Source of the DNA: Octopus sinensis
Taxonomy: Eukaryota
Direction of reading: 5' to 3'
Length of the DNA stretch: 64,000 nucleotides
Assembly: GCF_006345805.1 (NCBI RefSeq)
Contig: NC_043012.1
Coordinates: forward strand, 24,738,001 to 24,802,000
The notes under the pieces were generated by a model. That model was not told where the DNA came from. It worked only from the letters and a program-made list of their open reading frames with translations, and made no database searches. The translations under genes and the position numbers were made by a program. This document shows positions 27,109 to 40,029 of the stretch, in pieces (position 1 is the first letter of the stretch; every line of letters starts with the position of its first letter).

Positions 27109-28196
27109 AAGTATAAGATGTTTTATGGGCATTTAAAAAACACGTATTTTACACGTATATGAACTCAATAAACAATTAAATATGGAGAAAAGAATGTTTT
27201 ATAAAATTTTAATCCATGCATACGATCGTTTCGAATGGTAATATTAACATGTAAGATTCATGCAAAAAAAATTAATTAATTTAATTATAATTATAGTTAA
27301 ATTAATTACATATTACCTTTCTTCTCGGTGCGAAAGAAGTATACATGAAAAAGAATATATCAGATGAATATTATATTGTTACAGAAGACAAGATCTGAGT
27401 GAGTGTCATAGAACATATTCGGATATTCATAATATGAATATGAAAGATGAAATACAAATACTTATTTGTAACAATAGAATATTCCTCTGAAATATTCTTT
27501 TTGATGTATTCTTCTTTCGCACTGAGGAAAACGGTAATACGCAATTAATTTAACTATAATTATAACTCTCTTTACTCTTTAACTCTTTTACTTGTTTCAG
27601 TCATTTGACTGCGGCCATGCTCGAGCACCGCCTTTAGTCGAGCAACTCGACCCCGGGACTTATTCTTTTTGTAAGCCCAGTACTTATTCTATCGGTCTCT
27701 TTTGCCGAACCGCTAAGTGACGGGGACGTAAACACACCAGCATCGGTTGTCAAGCAATGCTAGGGGAACAAACACAGACACACAAACACACACACATACA
27801 TATATATATATACATATATACGACAGGCTTCTTTCAGTTTCCGTCTACCAAATCCACTCACAAGGCATTGGTCGGCCCGGGGCTATAGTAGAAGACACTT
27901 GGCCAAGATGCCACGCAGTGGGACTGAACCCGGAACCATGTGGTTGGTTAGCAAGCTACTTACCACACAGCCACTCTTGCGCCTATAATTGCGCTATAAT
28001 TAAATTAATTTTAAATTTTTTCCATGTTCCTTACATGTTAATATTACCATTCGAAACGATCATATGCATGGATTAAAATTTTATAAAACTTTTAACACCT
28101 TCTTTTCTCCCTCTTTAATTATTTGTTGAGTTTATATAGGATACGTGCTTGTAACAGACCTTATACTTATAAATGCTCATAACAAAACTTATACTT
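27109..28196. mobile_element. Large fold-back element (centre ~27432) with a SINE inserted in its right arm
   Basis: Centre atattcat-aat-atgaatat. 27170-27290 is the reverse complement of ~27990-28120. Outer ends aagtataag / cttatactt. Confidence 0.75.
27566..27985 (-). mobile_element. SINE family A, young full-length copy
   Basis: Close to the family consensus; interrupts the fold-back element. Confidence 0.9.
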
Positions 28197-28403
28197 GTAA
28201 CATTTAAAAATGTTACTTACTACTTACTATTGTAGGTATTTTAAAAAATACCTACAATAGTAAGCTACTATGAAGAATCTTTATTAGAAAGCTAACTTTG
28301 GAACCCCTCCCCAAAGTATAAGATGAAATGGAACGCAACCTTTTCTCATATATCTCTCTCTATATATATATATATGCATACACACATACACACACACACA
28401 TGT

Positions 28404-28435
<32 letters not shown>

Positions 28436-28436
28436 T

Positions 28437-28582
28437 TCTCTCTGTGTATCTTTCTGTTGAAGAGCGTAGGCTCGAAACGTTAAAGACTTGTTTTATTTAT
28501 ATTTCCTGAGCGCCATACTAATACAATTGTTCGTTTGTTTTCCACCTGCCTTCGTCTTTTGTCTATTTTCATAAAGCTTCCC
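28437..28582 (+). ncRNA. Short Penelope-LTR/retrozyme-like repeat with a minimal type-I hammerhead-like motif (28446-28487)
   Basis: cttt-CTGTTGA-A-GAGC(GTAG)GCTC-GAAACGT-T-aaag; ends in ccc+(TA)n. Confidence 0.6.
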
Positions 28583-28951
28583 GTTATATATATAAATGTA
28601 TGTATATAATGTGTGTGTGTGTTTCTGTGCTATAGATAAGGGATTAATCGATTGTATCAACTCCAGTATTTGATTGGTTCTTATTTTATCGAGCTAAAAG
28701 GGATGGAAGGTAAGGTCTGCGTCGGTGGAATTTGAACTTAGAACGTAAAGCCGGAAGAAAAGCTGCTTAGCCTTTTGACCGGCATTATAATGATTCTGCT
28801 AACGCTCCGCCTTGATATGTCTCAAAATAATAGACATGAGTTGGCCACGGATGGAACATCTTTCATCATGAGTCTGCTTGATGAAGCCTCGTTAAGGGTT
28901 AGCAAAACAACAAATGATAAAACGAAGAAAAAAAACAAAAGAACAATGAAA

Positions 28952-29012
<61 letters not shown>

Positions 29013-29039
29013 TGATTTATTATTATTTATTATTATTAT

Positions 29040-29678
29040 AAACAATAAATCATATTATCTCTAGCTGCCCAATCCTGGCTAAGAAGGAATATATTCATAG
29101 ACATGACAGAGTTGGAACATACATACATTGGAAGCTATGCCAATATTATGGAATAACAACAAAAAAAAGATGGTATAGGCATACACCAGAAAAGGTCACA
29201 GAAAACGAGAAAGCAACCATACTCTGGGATATGCCGATACACACAGATAGAGAAATTAAGGCCAACAGACCAGATATAGTTGTCAGAGATCATGAAGAAA
29301 AAAAATGTTCTCTAATTGATGTATCAATACCGGCAGATGACAACGTGTCTCTAAAAGAAATGGAGAAACTCTCAAAATACAAAGACCTGGAAATAGAGGT
29401 AACCAGAACGTGGAATCTAAAAACAGAAACAATTCCTATCATAGTAGGTGCATTAGGCATGATAAAAAAATATTCAGACAAATACATAACAAAAACACCA
29501 GGACTTACAAACACATATAACATACAGAAAATTGCACTACTAGGCACTGCACACATCCTACGCAGAGCACTTTCCATACAATAACCATCAGAGTATCACA
29601 ACAAATCACAGCACATACCCAAGGCACACAGAGCTGCGCTCGGTAGTGAAGTGAAAGCACGCTATAAAAATAAAACTA

Positions 29679-29681
<3 letters not shown>
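29040..29681 (+). mobile_element. 5'-truncated R4/Dong-like LINE, family 1 (RLE domain plus 3' UTR), antisense in GRL-A intron 1
   Basis: Near-identical to 62443-63082; ends gctataaaaataaaactactg+(AAT)n. Confidence 0.9.
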
Positions 29682-29744
<63 letters not shown>

Positions 29745-29753
29745 GTAACTGAC

Positions 29754-30797
29754 CTCAGCGTTAATCTTGGCTGGAAAGAACAGAATTGTGTACAAATAGA
29801 GCAACATTGTAACATTGATGATAATGGAGAGGAAAATTAATGTAGATACTTTGGCAAAAAAGATTAAGTGATAAAACATCAAGCAGAACAAAGGTACTTC
29901 GGCTATCAACGATAACAGTAAGAAATGCATGAAGCATTTATCCAGTAGGTAAATAGTCTCACAGAGTCCCTGGAATACTTGTCGATGTTTTGCTAAATTT
30001 CGGTAATGTAGACTGGCCGTATTGAGTTCTTCGTTCATATTCTGTTTCAGTTTTTTAATGTCATTTACAACGAAGTAGCATAGAAACACAAAAATACCTA
30101 CGGATGACGAGCAAATGGAGCTGTTTATATATAATATAATTAAATCAAAACACATTTCCACCCAGTTCGCAAAGTATTTGTTCAAATATTTGGGCCACAT
30201 TGTGTCCATGAGCAGTTTAGACACATATTCAGAACAGAAGTGAAACATCAAATGTAGAAAACAGCAGATTATCGGCGTAATTATGGACAAACTAATGACA
30301 ACAGAGAGAAACCTTTTAACTGATTTGGAATAACCCAACGATGCAGTTTTATCCATCATTATGAACAGAGCCGGTAATCTGTCTTCTTTGTAGAAAATCA
30401 CCACAAAAATGATCAGTTTGATTAAATTTTCGAGCGACCAAATCAACCATTGAAGTCTTATAAATAATCCTTCGTCGTAAATACCACCGATTCCATATGT
30501 TATCGTACATCGAAATATATTGAAAAGCAATATGGCTCCTATGAAAAGAGAATAGAACTTCCAGAGTATAGACGAGTGCGAAATGTTGCAGCGTTCGAAA
30601 CACATTCCACAAATTTTCATTGATAAAATTAATATTTTTATAGATTTATAAATCGTTGTTTTTGTATAGTTCAATGAGGAATGGTTTTGTAAATTTGGTG
30701 GCGCAATGTCGATGGTATGGCTAAATACTTTACACCTTTGAGTGGAGTCAATATTTATACGAGAATTACCACAGATGAAATGAATAAACTTGGGCAT
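29754..30797 (-). CDS. GRL-A exon 1 (348 codons; N-terminus to about TM6) of a gustatory-receptor-like / 7TM ion channel gene
   Basis: Long non-repetitive ORF with ~6 hydrophobic segments. Starts ...SIKILILSMKICGMCF..., matching GRL-B ...SLKPLLLCMRLFGMY.... Ends ...FPAKINAE|gtcagt, a phase-0 donor at 29753. The true start (ATG 30797 or an upstream exon) is uncertain. Confidence 0.9.
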
Positions 30798-31889
30798 TAT
30801 TTATAAATTCTTTTTGGGAAATTCGGACGATTTGATTAAACGGAATCACCACATAAATTTGTTTCAGATGTTAAAAATAGTTTTACATAAAACTAAAACT
30901 TACGGCGAGAAATCAAATAGGAATATGGAGGTGATGTTTTTAAAATTTTATTTGAAGCATTTCATTTTTGAATTCTTTTGATTATTTTTATATTATATAA
31001 ATTTTTACTCCTTGGCTTTAAATTTTACTTTTTCCTTTTTAATTTTTGCTTTGAGAGGTTTAAATATTTTGGTTGCTATTAAAGTTATTGTGATATTTAT
31101 TAAAGCTTTATTATATTCTTGAAATATTTGCCTTGGGCATATAGCATCTTCATCATCATCATCATCATCTTCATCATCATCATCATCATAATCAATTTCA
31201 TTACTATCATCGTTTTACATCCGTTGCTCAATGTTGGCAGCGATTATACTGTGTATATTTGTAATCAAAGAATAAGAAGTACGGGTCCTGAACAAGGTAG
31301 ATCTGATTGTAATCCAGGTAGAATGTTTAAGTTGTCACCACAAATTAATCCACGTTATGTAACTAATTCGACTTCCTTTTACTCAAAGTAAAGAATATAA
31401 ATAATAAAAATAATAACCAAGCAAAAAAACCGGAAAACAAAAGGACGAAAAGAAAGAAAATATAATAAATAGAATAAAATGAAAATAAAAATAATACAAT
31501 GCAAGAGATTTAGAATTTCCAACAATAGTATTGAATTAGTAATTTTCCTACAGTTGGTTTTGTTGGTTTAGGTTATTGTTATGGTTCTTAAGACAAGACA
31601 TTATAACCATGGAAGATCGTATAATTTGTGTTATGATTACGTAATTGCATCCTGTTATGTGTTCAGCTTGCGTGCTTCGAAACGTGTATGGGGCTACGTG
31701 CAAGGAGGAGCATATTTGAATGTGCGTGCGCGTGCGTGTGTATGTGTGTGTGTGTGTGTGTGTGTGTATTGTTGTATGTTTCGGTGCTCACATGTGTTGT
31801 TGCGCGTGGTTGTATGCGTCAGTTTCTGTTGGTGAGTTTCTTTTGCTTAAGATAGCGAGGAAGAAAACTGAAGAAAAAAGGCGGGAAGT

Positions 31890-31978
<89 letters not shown>

Positions 31979-32197
31979 TTGAAAGACATATATATATATA
32001 TATATATATTCACACATATATATTTACATACATATCTATATATGTCTATATCTATATATACATATATATATGTGTGTATGTGTGTATGTATATATGTATG
32101 TAAAATGTGTGTATACATATATATGTTATATATTATATGGTTTATTATATATATATGTATATATATGTATATATACATGTATATATATATCATATAT

Positions 32198-32237
<40 letters not shown>

Positions 32238-32363
32238 TATAATATCATATATATATATATACATGTATATATATATATATATATATACAGTATGGTATAT
32301 TATATATATATGTATATATATATATATATAATATATATATATATATATAATATATATAATAGA

Positions 32364-32476
32364 GGATGCAGTAAAACCAGAGGGAAATAAGATTCATCAA
32401 GTGTGAGGTATAAAGGTGGAATCTATTGTAAAAAAACAAGGGAGACGGAAGAGACAGTGCAGTGAAGAGAGTGAAG

Positions 32477-32507
<31 letters not shown>

Positions 32508-32826
32508 AATATAGATAGACAGTTAGACAGATGGAATGAGTTAGCATGAGGCTAAAATACAGACAGACTAAGGGATATTGGATTAGAAAATGAGAAGATA
32601 ATGGGAGAAATAGATAAAAAGCAAAAGAAAATATACCTGAGGTTTTCCTGAGAGTCTTCTTGGTGCATCTATTAAATTTTATGAATGCTGGCAGCTGGGC
32701 GAGAGGATATTTCAGATATACGTATATATATGATTATATATGTATGTACATATATATATATATTTTATATATGTATGTACATATATATATATATATATTT
32801 TATATATTATGTATATAGGTAATATG

Positions 32827-32890
<64 letters not shown>

Positions 32891-33220
32891 ATACATATAT
32901 TAATATATTATATATAGATAGATAGATATACATATATATACATGTATATATATATAATATATATATATAATTATATATATCTATATCAATATATATATTA
33001 TACATGTAATATATATAATATATAATATCATATTATGTGTATTATATATATATATTGTAATATATATATATATATATCTATATATATATATATATAATAT
33101 ATATATTATAGGATGCAGTAAAACCAGAGGGAAATAAGATTCATCAGTGTGAGGTATAAAGGTGGAATCTATTGTAAAAAAACAAGGGAGACGGAAGAAC
33201 AGTGCAGTGAAGGAGTGAAG

Positions 33221-33255
<35 letters not shown>

Positions 33256-33473
33256 AGAAATATAGATAGACAGTTAGACAGAATGGAATGAGTTAGCATG
33301 AGGCTAAAATACAGACAGACTAAGGGATATTGGATTAGAAAATGAGAAGATAATGGGAGAAATAATAAAAAGCAAAAGAAAATATACCTGAGGTTTTCCT
33401 GAGAGTCTTCTTGGTGCATCTATTAAATTTTATGAATAGCTGGCAGCTGGGCGAGGAGTATTTCAGATATACG
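32364..33473. repeat. Tandem duplication, period ~747 bp (unique cores 32364-32722 and 33111-33473)
   Basis: Copies differ mostly by 1-bp indels. Confidence 0.9.
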
Positions 33474-33581
33474 TATATATATAGATTATATATGTATGTA
33501 CATATATATATATATTTTATATGTATGTACATTATATATATAATATTTATATATTATGTATATATGTATAGTATATATGTA

Positions 33582-33635
<54 letters not shown>

Positions 33636-34429
33636 ATACCATACATATATTAATATTATATATTAGATAGATAGATATACATATATACCTTATATATATA
33701 TGTGTGTATGTATGTGTGTGTATATATATGTATGTATATATAATACATACACACCACTGTATGTATGTGTGTATATATATGCATATGTAAATTTACATAC
33801 GTACACATATATGTATATGCATGTGTATATAATATATTATATATATATATTATATATATATATATATATAACTGCCGCATCCATCCATCCATACACACAC
33901 ATACATGCATACATACATACATACATACATACACACATACATACATACATACATGCATGAATGCATACATACATGCATACATACACACACACATACACTC
34001 ACACGCACATACATATCGTATTTTGTCTGTAATGAGTACATAAAATTACCCGTCCTCATCCTCATCCCCATCTCATTCCCGCCACAACAACAACCAATCA
34101 CCCCACCCCACCCTTACCACACCAAACCGCCATATTTTTTCCCAGCTTGTTTTATTACATGTCTTTGTCTCTGGCCATTACTAAATCACCTCTATGTTCC
34201 AATAATATTCTTACAAAGACCGATCAATCAACAGACATGTTTTTTTTGTTTTACTTCTTTCTTTATTTATTTATGTTGTTTATTTTTTGCTTTCTCTTTA
34301 TTCTCATCACTTTTTTCTCGCTTTTCTTATTTATTCTCGTTTTACTTAAAAGTCTCGTTTTATTTGCATTTTCCATCTTCTCCATTTACACGACGTTTTC
34401 CTTTATCCCGTCGCCGTCGTCGACGTCTT

Positions 34430-35032
34430 CGCTATTGTTGTTGTTGTTGTTCTGAGTTATTCATTCATTCTTATTTCTCTTTCTTCCTTCTCTTTCTCTT
34501 CCTATTCCTCTTTCTCCTTCCTCATCATCATCTTCTTCTTCTTCTTCTTCTTCTTCTTCTTCTTCTTCTTCTTCTTCTTCTTCTTCTTCTTCTGTGTTAT
34601 TCATTCATTCTTCTTCTTTCATGTTCTTTCTTCATCGTTGTTCTCTTTCTTCCTTTTCCTTCTCCTATTCCTCTTTCTTCTTCTTCTTCTTCTTCTTCTT
34701 CTTCTTCTTCTTCTATTTCTACTTTTTCTTTATCATCTTCTTCTTCATCTGTATTATTCATTCTGCTTCTTCTTTCTTCTTTGGTGTTCTCTTTCTTCCT
34801 TCTCCTTCCCCTCCTTGTCTCCTATTCCTCTTTCTTCTTTTTCTTCTTCTTCTTCTTCTTCTTCGTCTTCTTTTTCTCCTTCTTCTTCTTCTTCTTCTTC
34901 TTCTCCTTCGTCTTCTTCTTCTTCTCCTTCGTCTTCTTCTTCTTCTTCTTCTTCTTCTTCTCTTCTTCTTCTTTTTCTTCTTCTTCTTCTCCTTCGTCTT
35001 CTTCTTCTCCTTCGTCTTCTTTTTCTTCTTCT

Positions 35033-35064
<32 letters not shown>

Positions 35065-35275
35065 ATCATCTGTGTTATTCATTCGTTCTTCTTGTTCTTT
35101 TTTCTTCGTTGTTCTCTTTCTCCCTTTTTCTCCCTTCTTCTCATTCTCCTATTCCTCTTTCTTTTTCTTCTTCTTCTTCTTCTTCTTCTTCTGTGTTATT
35201 CATTCATTCTCCATTCTCGCTCTTTCTTCTTCGTTGTTCTTTCCTCCCCTTCCTCCTTACCCTCCACCTCCTTCT
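34430..35275. repeat. Composite (CTT)n polypyrimidine tract with recurring ~120-160 bp higher-order units
   Basis: The motif ctgtgttattcattcattct (or close variants) recurs at ~34450, 34590, 34750, 35070 and 35190. Confidence 0.9.
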
Positions 35276-36301
35276 TCATCCTCAGCCAGGGCCGTCACAA
35301 TTCCTTGCAGCATTTTCTCTCGTCCATTACGCACCGAGTTCAAATTCCGCCAGAGTGGATATTGTCTTTCATTTTTTCATTCTTTCAAGTTTTGCTGGAG
35401 ATCTTTTCTCCACCATTCCGTTACTTCACAACGAAACAAATGGAGTTTCTGCCCTTACTAACATTTTATCTTCCATCCTACTTCTGCACACAAGGCTAGA
35501 ATATAAATGGAGTTTATATCGTAATTTAAATTCTCCGCCCCACCGTCCTATAACTACACACAAGACGATCAAATAAATGCAGTTTTTGTCGTTATTAAAA
35601 TAAACGGGAAGGAAGGAAGCCTGTTCTTTATTTTTATGGTTTTTATGTCACGATTTTGTTTTGTTTTTTGAACCTGTTTTCTCGTCAGCGATGTCTAAAC
35701 GGTATCTACTAAAATAACAAACGGAAACGCCCTTAAGACAATGCACAAACAAAAATGGAAAAAGAACATTCAACATACTGACATTTATGACAAAATAATT
35801 GGGGACGGGCGGGGAAAGAGCACTTATTTTAATACCATAATACATAAATGAGAATATTGATATGATGAAAAAAAGACGATTTCATTAGCAGCTTACTACT
35901 AATGACACACACACACACATGCATACATGCACACGCACACACACACGCACATACATGCATACATACATACATACATACATACATACATACATACATACAC
36001 ACGCACACACACACACACACATGTACACTCTAGCGACTGATGTTGTTTCGGAAAGAAGTAATTGTTTTCCTTCATTTTCTAGTGTTACTAGTATCGCACG
36101 AAAACTAATTCCGGACGAACATTCAGAGATGCCAGTAGAGCGGAGCTGTATGTCCAAACAAGGTACTCTCATCCCTGAATATGTTATCAAGAAGCGAGGA
36201 AGAAAAAAGAAAAAAAAAACTCTTCTGTATCAGTGTCACTTATGACACATCAATTTTCATTTTGTCAAACTCAATAACAACTACAGGAGTCTCTGACTGA
36301 A

Positions 36302-36652
36302 GTATAGGACATCTTTGTCGGATGTATAGGACATCCTTGTCGGATGTATAGGACATCTTTGTCAGATGTACAGGATATCTTTGTCAGATGTTTGGACATT
36401 CTTGTCGGAAGTATAGGACATCCTTGTCGGATGCGTAGGGCATCTTTGTCTGGTGTATAGGACATCTTTGTCGGATGTATAGGACATCTTTCTCGGATGT
36501 ACAGGACATCTTTTTCGGATGTAAAGGACATCCTTGTCGGATGTATAGGACATCTATGTCGGATGTACAGGACATCTTTTTCGGATGTATAGGACATCTT
36601 TGTCTGATGAATAGGACATCTTTGTCGGATGTATAGACATCTTTGTCGGATG
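36302..36652. repeat. 22-bp minisatellite, ~16 copies (gtataggacatctttgtcggat)
   Basis: Direct inspection; the ORF track shows the expected 22-aa period (3 x 22 nt). Confidence 0.95.
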
Positions 36653-37198
36653 AGACAGATTGCATGGGTCTTTATGCATTGTATTCACGAACGCGGACGA
36701 AGCAAAGGATGGGACCGATACATGCGAAGAAGTTTAAAATCAAGGATTTTAGTAGCGATGGTGGCTCTTGATTTGTCATTACTTTTATGGTACAGTTAAG
36801 ACCTTAGCACAGAGAGTACAAAGGTAATGAAAAATGACATGTGGTAGGGTGGAGTCTCAGGAAACAAAACAATTACTTACGTCCCCCTCACCCGAAAACT
36901 ACAAAACTGTTCCAAAGCTTTTTGGGGGCCATGAATGCAGAAGAAAGAGCAATAAGACCATTGGTACAGGACTGGCAACGTAGGATGTAGCAAAAAGACA
37001 GATTAAAGGGTTTTGTCTTCAGCAGCAGCAGCAAGATAGAAAGAAAAGGAGCAAGAATGAACACAAAAATATCCAACAAGAGACAACTGTTCTGAGAACC
37101 CCACCGGTCAAAATTCTAGCAATGGTGAAAATGGTCTAATCCTTAGTCCAAGGAGTTAACAAGAAAGCCGAAGGGCCCTCCTCAAGCTGTGACTATAT

Positions 37199-37588
37199 GG
37201 ATGGAAGCACTCCGTCGGTTACGACGATGAGGGTTCCGGTTGATCCGAATCAACGGAGCAGCCTGCTCGTGAAATTAACGTGTAAGTGGCTGAGCACTCC
37301 ACAGACACGTGTACCCTCAACGTAGTTCTCGGGGATATTCAGCGTGACACAGAGAGTGACAAGGCCGGCCCTTTGAAATACAGGTACAACAGAAACAGGA
37401 AGTAAGAGTGAGAGAAAGTTGTGGTGAAAGAGTACAGCAGGGATCACCACCATCCCCTGCCGGAGCCTCGTGGAGCTTTTTAGGTGTTTTCGCTCAATAA
37501 ACACTCACAACACCCGGTCTGGGAATCGAAACCGCGATCCTATGACCGCGAGTCCGCTGCCCTAACCACTGGGCCATTGCGCCTCCAC
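37199..37588 (-). mobile_element. SINE family C flanked by a 73-bp direct repeat
   Basis: Head gtggaggcgcaaTGGCCCAGTGGttagggcagcgg...GGTTTCGATTCCc; flanks 37126-37198 and 37589-37661. Confidence 0.9.
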
Positions 37589-38260
37589 TGAAAATGGTCT
37601 AATCCTTAGTCCAAGGAGTTAAAAAGAAAGCCGAGGGGCCCTCCTCCAGCTGTGACTATATCAGGGACGGCGACGAGAAAATGGAAAGAGAGAGAGAGTG
37701 ACCAATAGCAACAATAACAAGTCCTGAAAATCGCTGATTCAGAACCACGGTCAGCCGTAGATTCTGTCTCATATTTGCTCTCCCAAATCGACCCGTAACT
37801 CCCACCCCTACCTCACATTCTCCAATCGACAATACCAGCACCTGCTCAGCGTAGAAACAAAGTAGAAACGGTAATGAGTAGAAAAGTGACAATAATGAAA
37901 AAAAAAATGGAAGAACGTGTTGAAGATGACTTTACATGAATATCTTTCATTCAAAGTTACTTGGTGCGACATTATTTAATTCATGCTTGAAACTGACTTA
38001 TGCACATTAGCATACGTACCGTGTTCTGTTTTCATAAGAATAATTTCATTCTTCCCGGACTATGAACGACACATTTGGTGTTCATAGCTGAGGAAGTGAA
38101 ACGACAGACAAACGCATGCCTCCTGCGATCCGATGACGTCAATCACACTCCATCTTGTGTTTTCACACATATCTAAGAAGAGAATTTTCCTCTTGGGACT
38201 ATCTCCCCAGCAGAAGGTCTTCTTACGTCCGAGTATACTGCAGTGCGGTAAACATAGTTT

Positions 38261-38296
<36 letters not shown>

Positions 38297-38299
<3 letters not shown>

Positions 38300-38452
38300 A
38301 GAGTTTACGAAAAAACAACAAAAGACGAAGATAGGTGGTGTACAAAACAAACAGATGTATTAGTATAACGCTCAGGAATAGAAAAAGTCTTTTACGTTTC
38401 GAGCCTACGCTCTTCTACAGAAAGGGACACAGAAAACAAGGAGAGAAAAAAA
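38297..38452 (-). ncRNA. Second copy of the hammerhead-like repeat (motif 38387-38428)
   Basis: Minus strand cttt-CTGTAGA-A-GAGC(GTAG)GCTC-GAAACGT-A-aaagac; downstream sequence homologous to 28490-28582. Confidence 0.6.
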
Positions 38453-38723
38453 TGTGTGTAGTGGCTAACGATCTATCATATATATACTTGGAAAAGGATG
38501 CGTGACATTCGATCATATAATAATATAAATAATATATAAATATATGAATATATACATACATATATGTACAAACCTACATATATGTATATATATACATGCA
38601 TATATGGGTACATGCATGTATATATACATATATATGTAGGTATGTACATATATGTATATATATGCATATATTTATATATTATTTATATTTTATATATATA
38701 TACATATATACACACACACTCTT

Positions 38724-38754
<31 letters not shown>

Positions 38755-38833
38755 TATGTATGTATTAATATATATGTATATGTATATGTATATATATATA
38801 TATAATGTATATGTATATATATATATATATGAT

Positions 38834-38922
<89 letters not shown>

Positions 38923-39081
38923 CGTATTTATATATATATATATTTCTACATATCCATGTACTAAATCCACTCACAAGACTTTAGTCGGCCTGAGGTTGTA
39001 GTAAAAGACACCTGCTGAGGGAATGAACCCGAAACCATGTGGATGGAGAGCAAACTTCTTACGACACAGCACGTCTGTGGC

Positions 39082-39116
<35 letters not shown>

Positions 39117-39503
39117 GCGCAATAAAAAGAAAAATATTTCACTGATCACCATTATTTTCCTTTGATTGTTTCATTAGAAATAAACACCATTATTTCTATA
39201 GCTATGTAATTAAAATGCATAATTTATAAATATAAGATACTGTTTAATTTCGGGACGGTCACTTTTTTTCTCTTTTGCCAAATAAACACACGTATTATAT
39301 TTTCGTTCTTCACTCGTTTATTACTGTTCTTATTCTAATCCATGTCAATTGTCCGGAAATCTTTTGTCACACATCTGTGACTTCTTCAGCGACAATTTCT
39401 GTCTTCGTGTATGCTCTTACTTCACTTATTTCATTCTGTTCTTCTATGATATGTATTCTTATATGCGCATGCGTTTGCGTCCGTGTTTGCGTGTATGTTT
39501 ACA

Positions 39504-39552
<49 letters not shown>

Positions 39553-40029
39553 TTGTTCTTAGTAGCACTGTAATCTTCCCCGTTGTCGCTGCTGCTGACC
39601 TAAGACCCGAAATTTTGGTACAGTTCCTGTATCTCTCTGTGTTTGTGTGTATGTTCGCCCACGCTGTTACCATTCTGGTAGTTCTTATTGTTGTTGTTAT
39701 TGCCATCGTTGTCACCGCTGTTGCTGTTGTCATTGTTAGTCGTGTTGTCGATACTGTTGCGGCCGTCTGTGAAGTTATTGTATGTGTATTTGTGTGTGTG
39801 TGTATGGGTTCGCTTCCTATGCTGTTAGTATCTGTACCCTTTATATAGATTTTATTTATTTATTTTTTATCTATCTCTATTTCTTATATTTATCACAGGT
39901 ATGTGCCTATATGTCTATTGTGTATGCATTGCCCTGCTTGTATCTGTTTTATTTTTTTTAGTTTAAAAGAAATTTATATTTTCTTTCATTTTTTTCTCTG
40001 CTCTCTTCTCCCCCCCCCCCTCCTGTCTT

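Noticed and set aside
33905-35461. 518-aa ORF (longest in the track) and overlapping 301/312-aa ORFs
   Set aside because: Translation of CATA and CTT microsatellites, which lack stops in some frames; no protein-like complexity.
36302-36652. Possible CRISPR array
   Set aside because: Repeats abut with no unique spacers, the context is eukaryotic, and there are no cas genes.
36875-36890. Minus-strand GTAAGT donor as a GRL-A 5' UTR exon
   Set aside because: A lone hexamer is expected by chance every few kb; no supporting acceptor or promoter evidence.
37520-37588. tRNA gene calls from A-box/B-box sequences
   Set aside because: They are heads of multi-copy SINEs continuing into SINE bodies, and I could not fold a complete cloverleaf with an acceptor stem.
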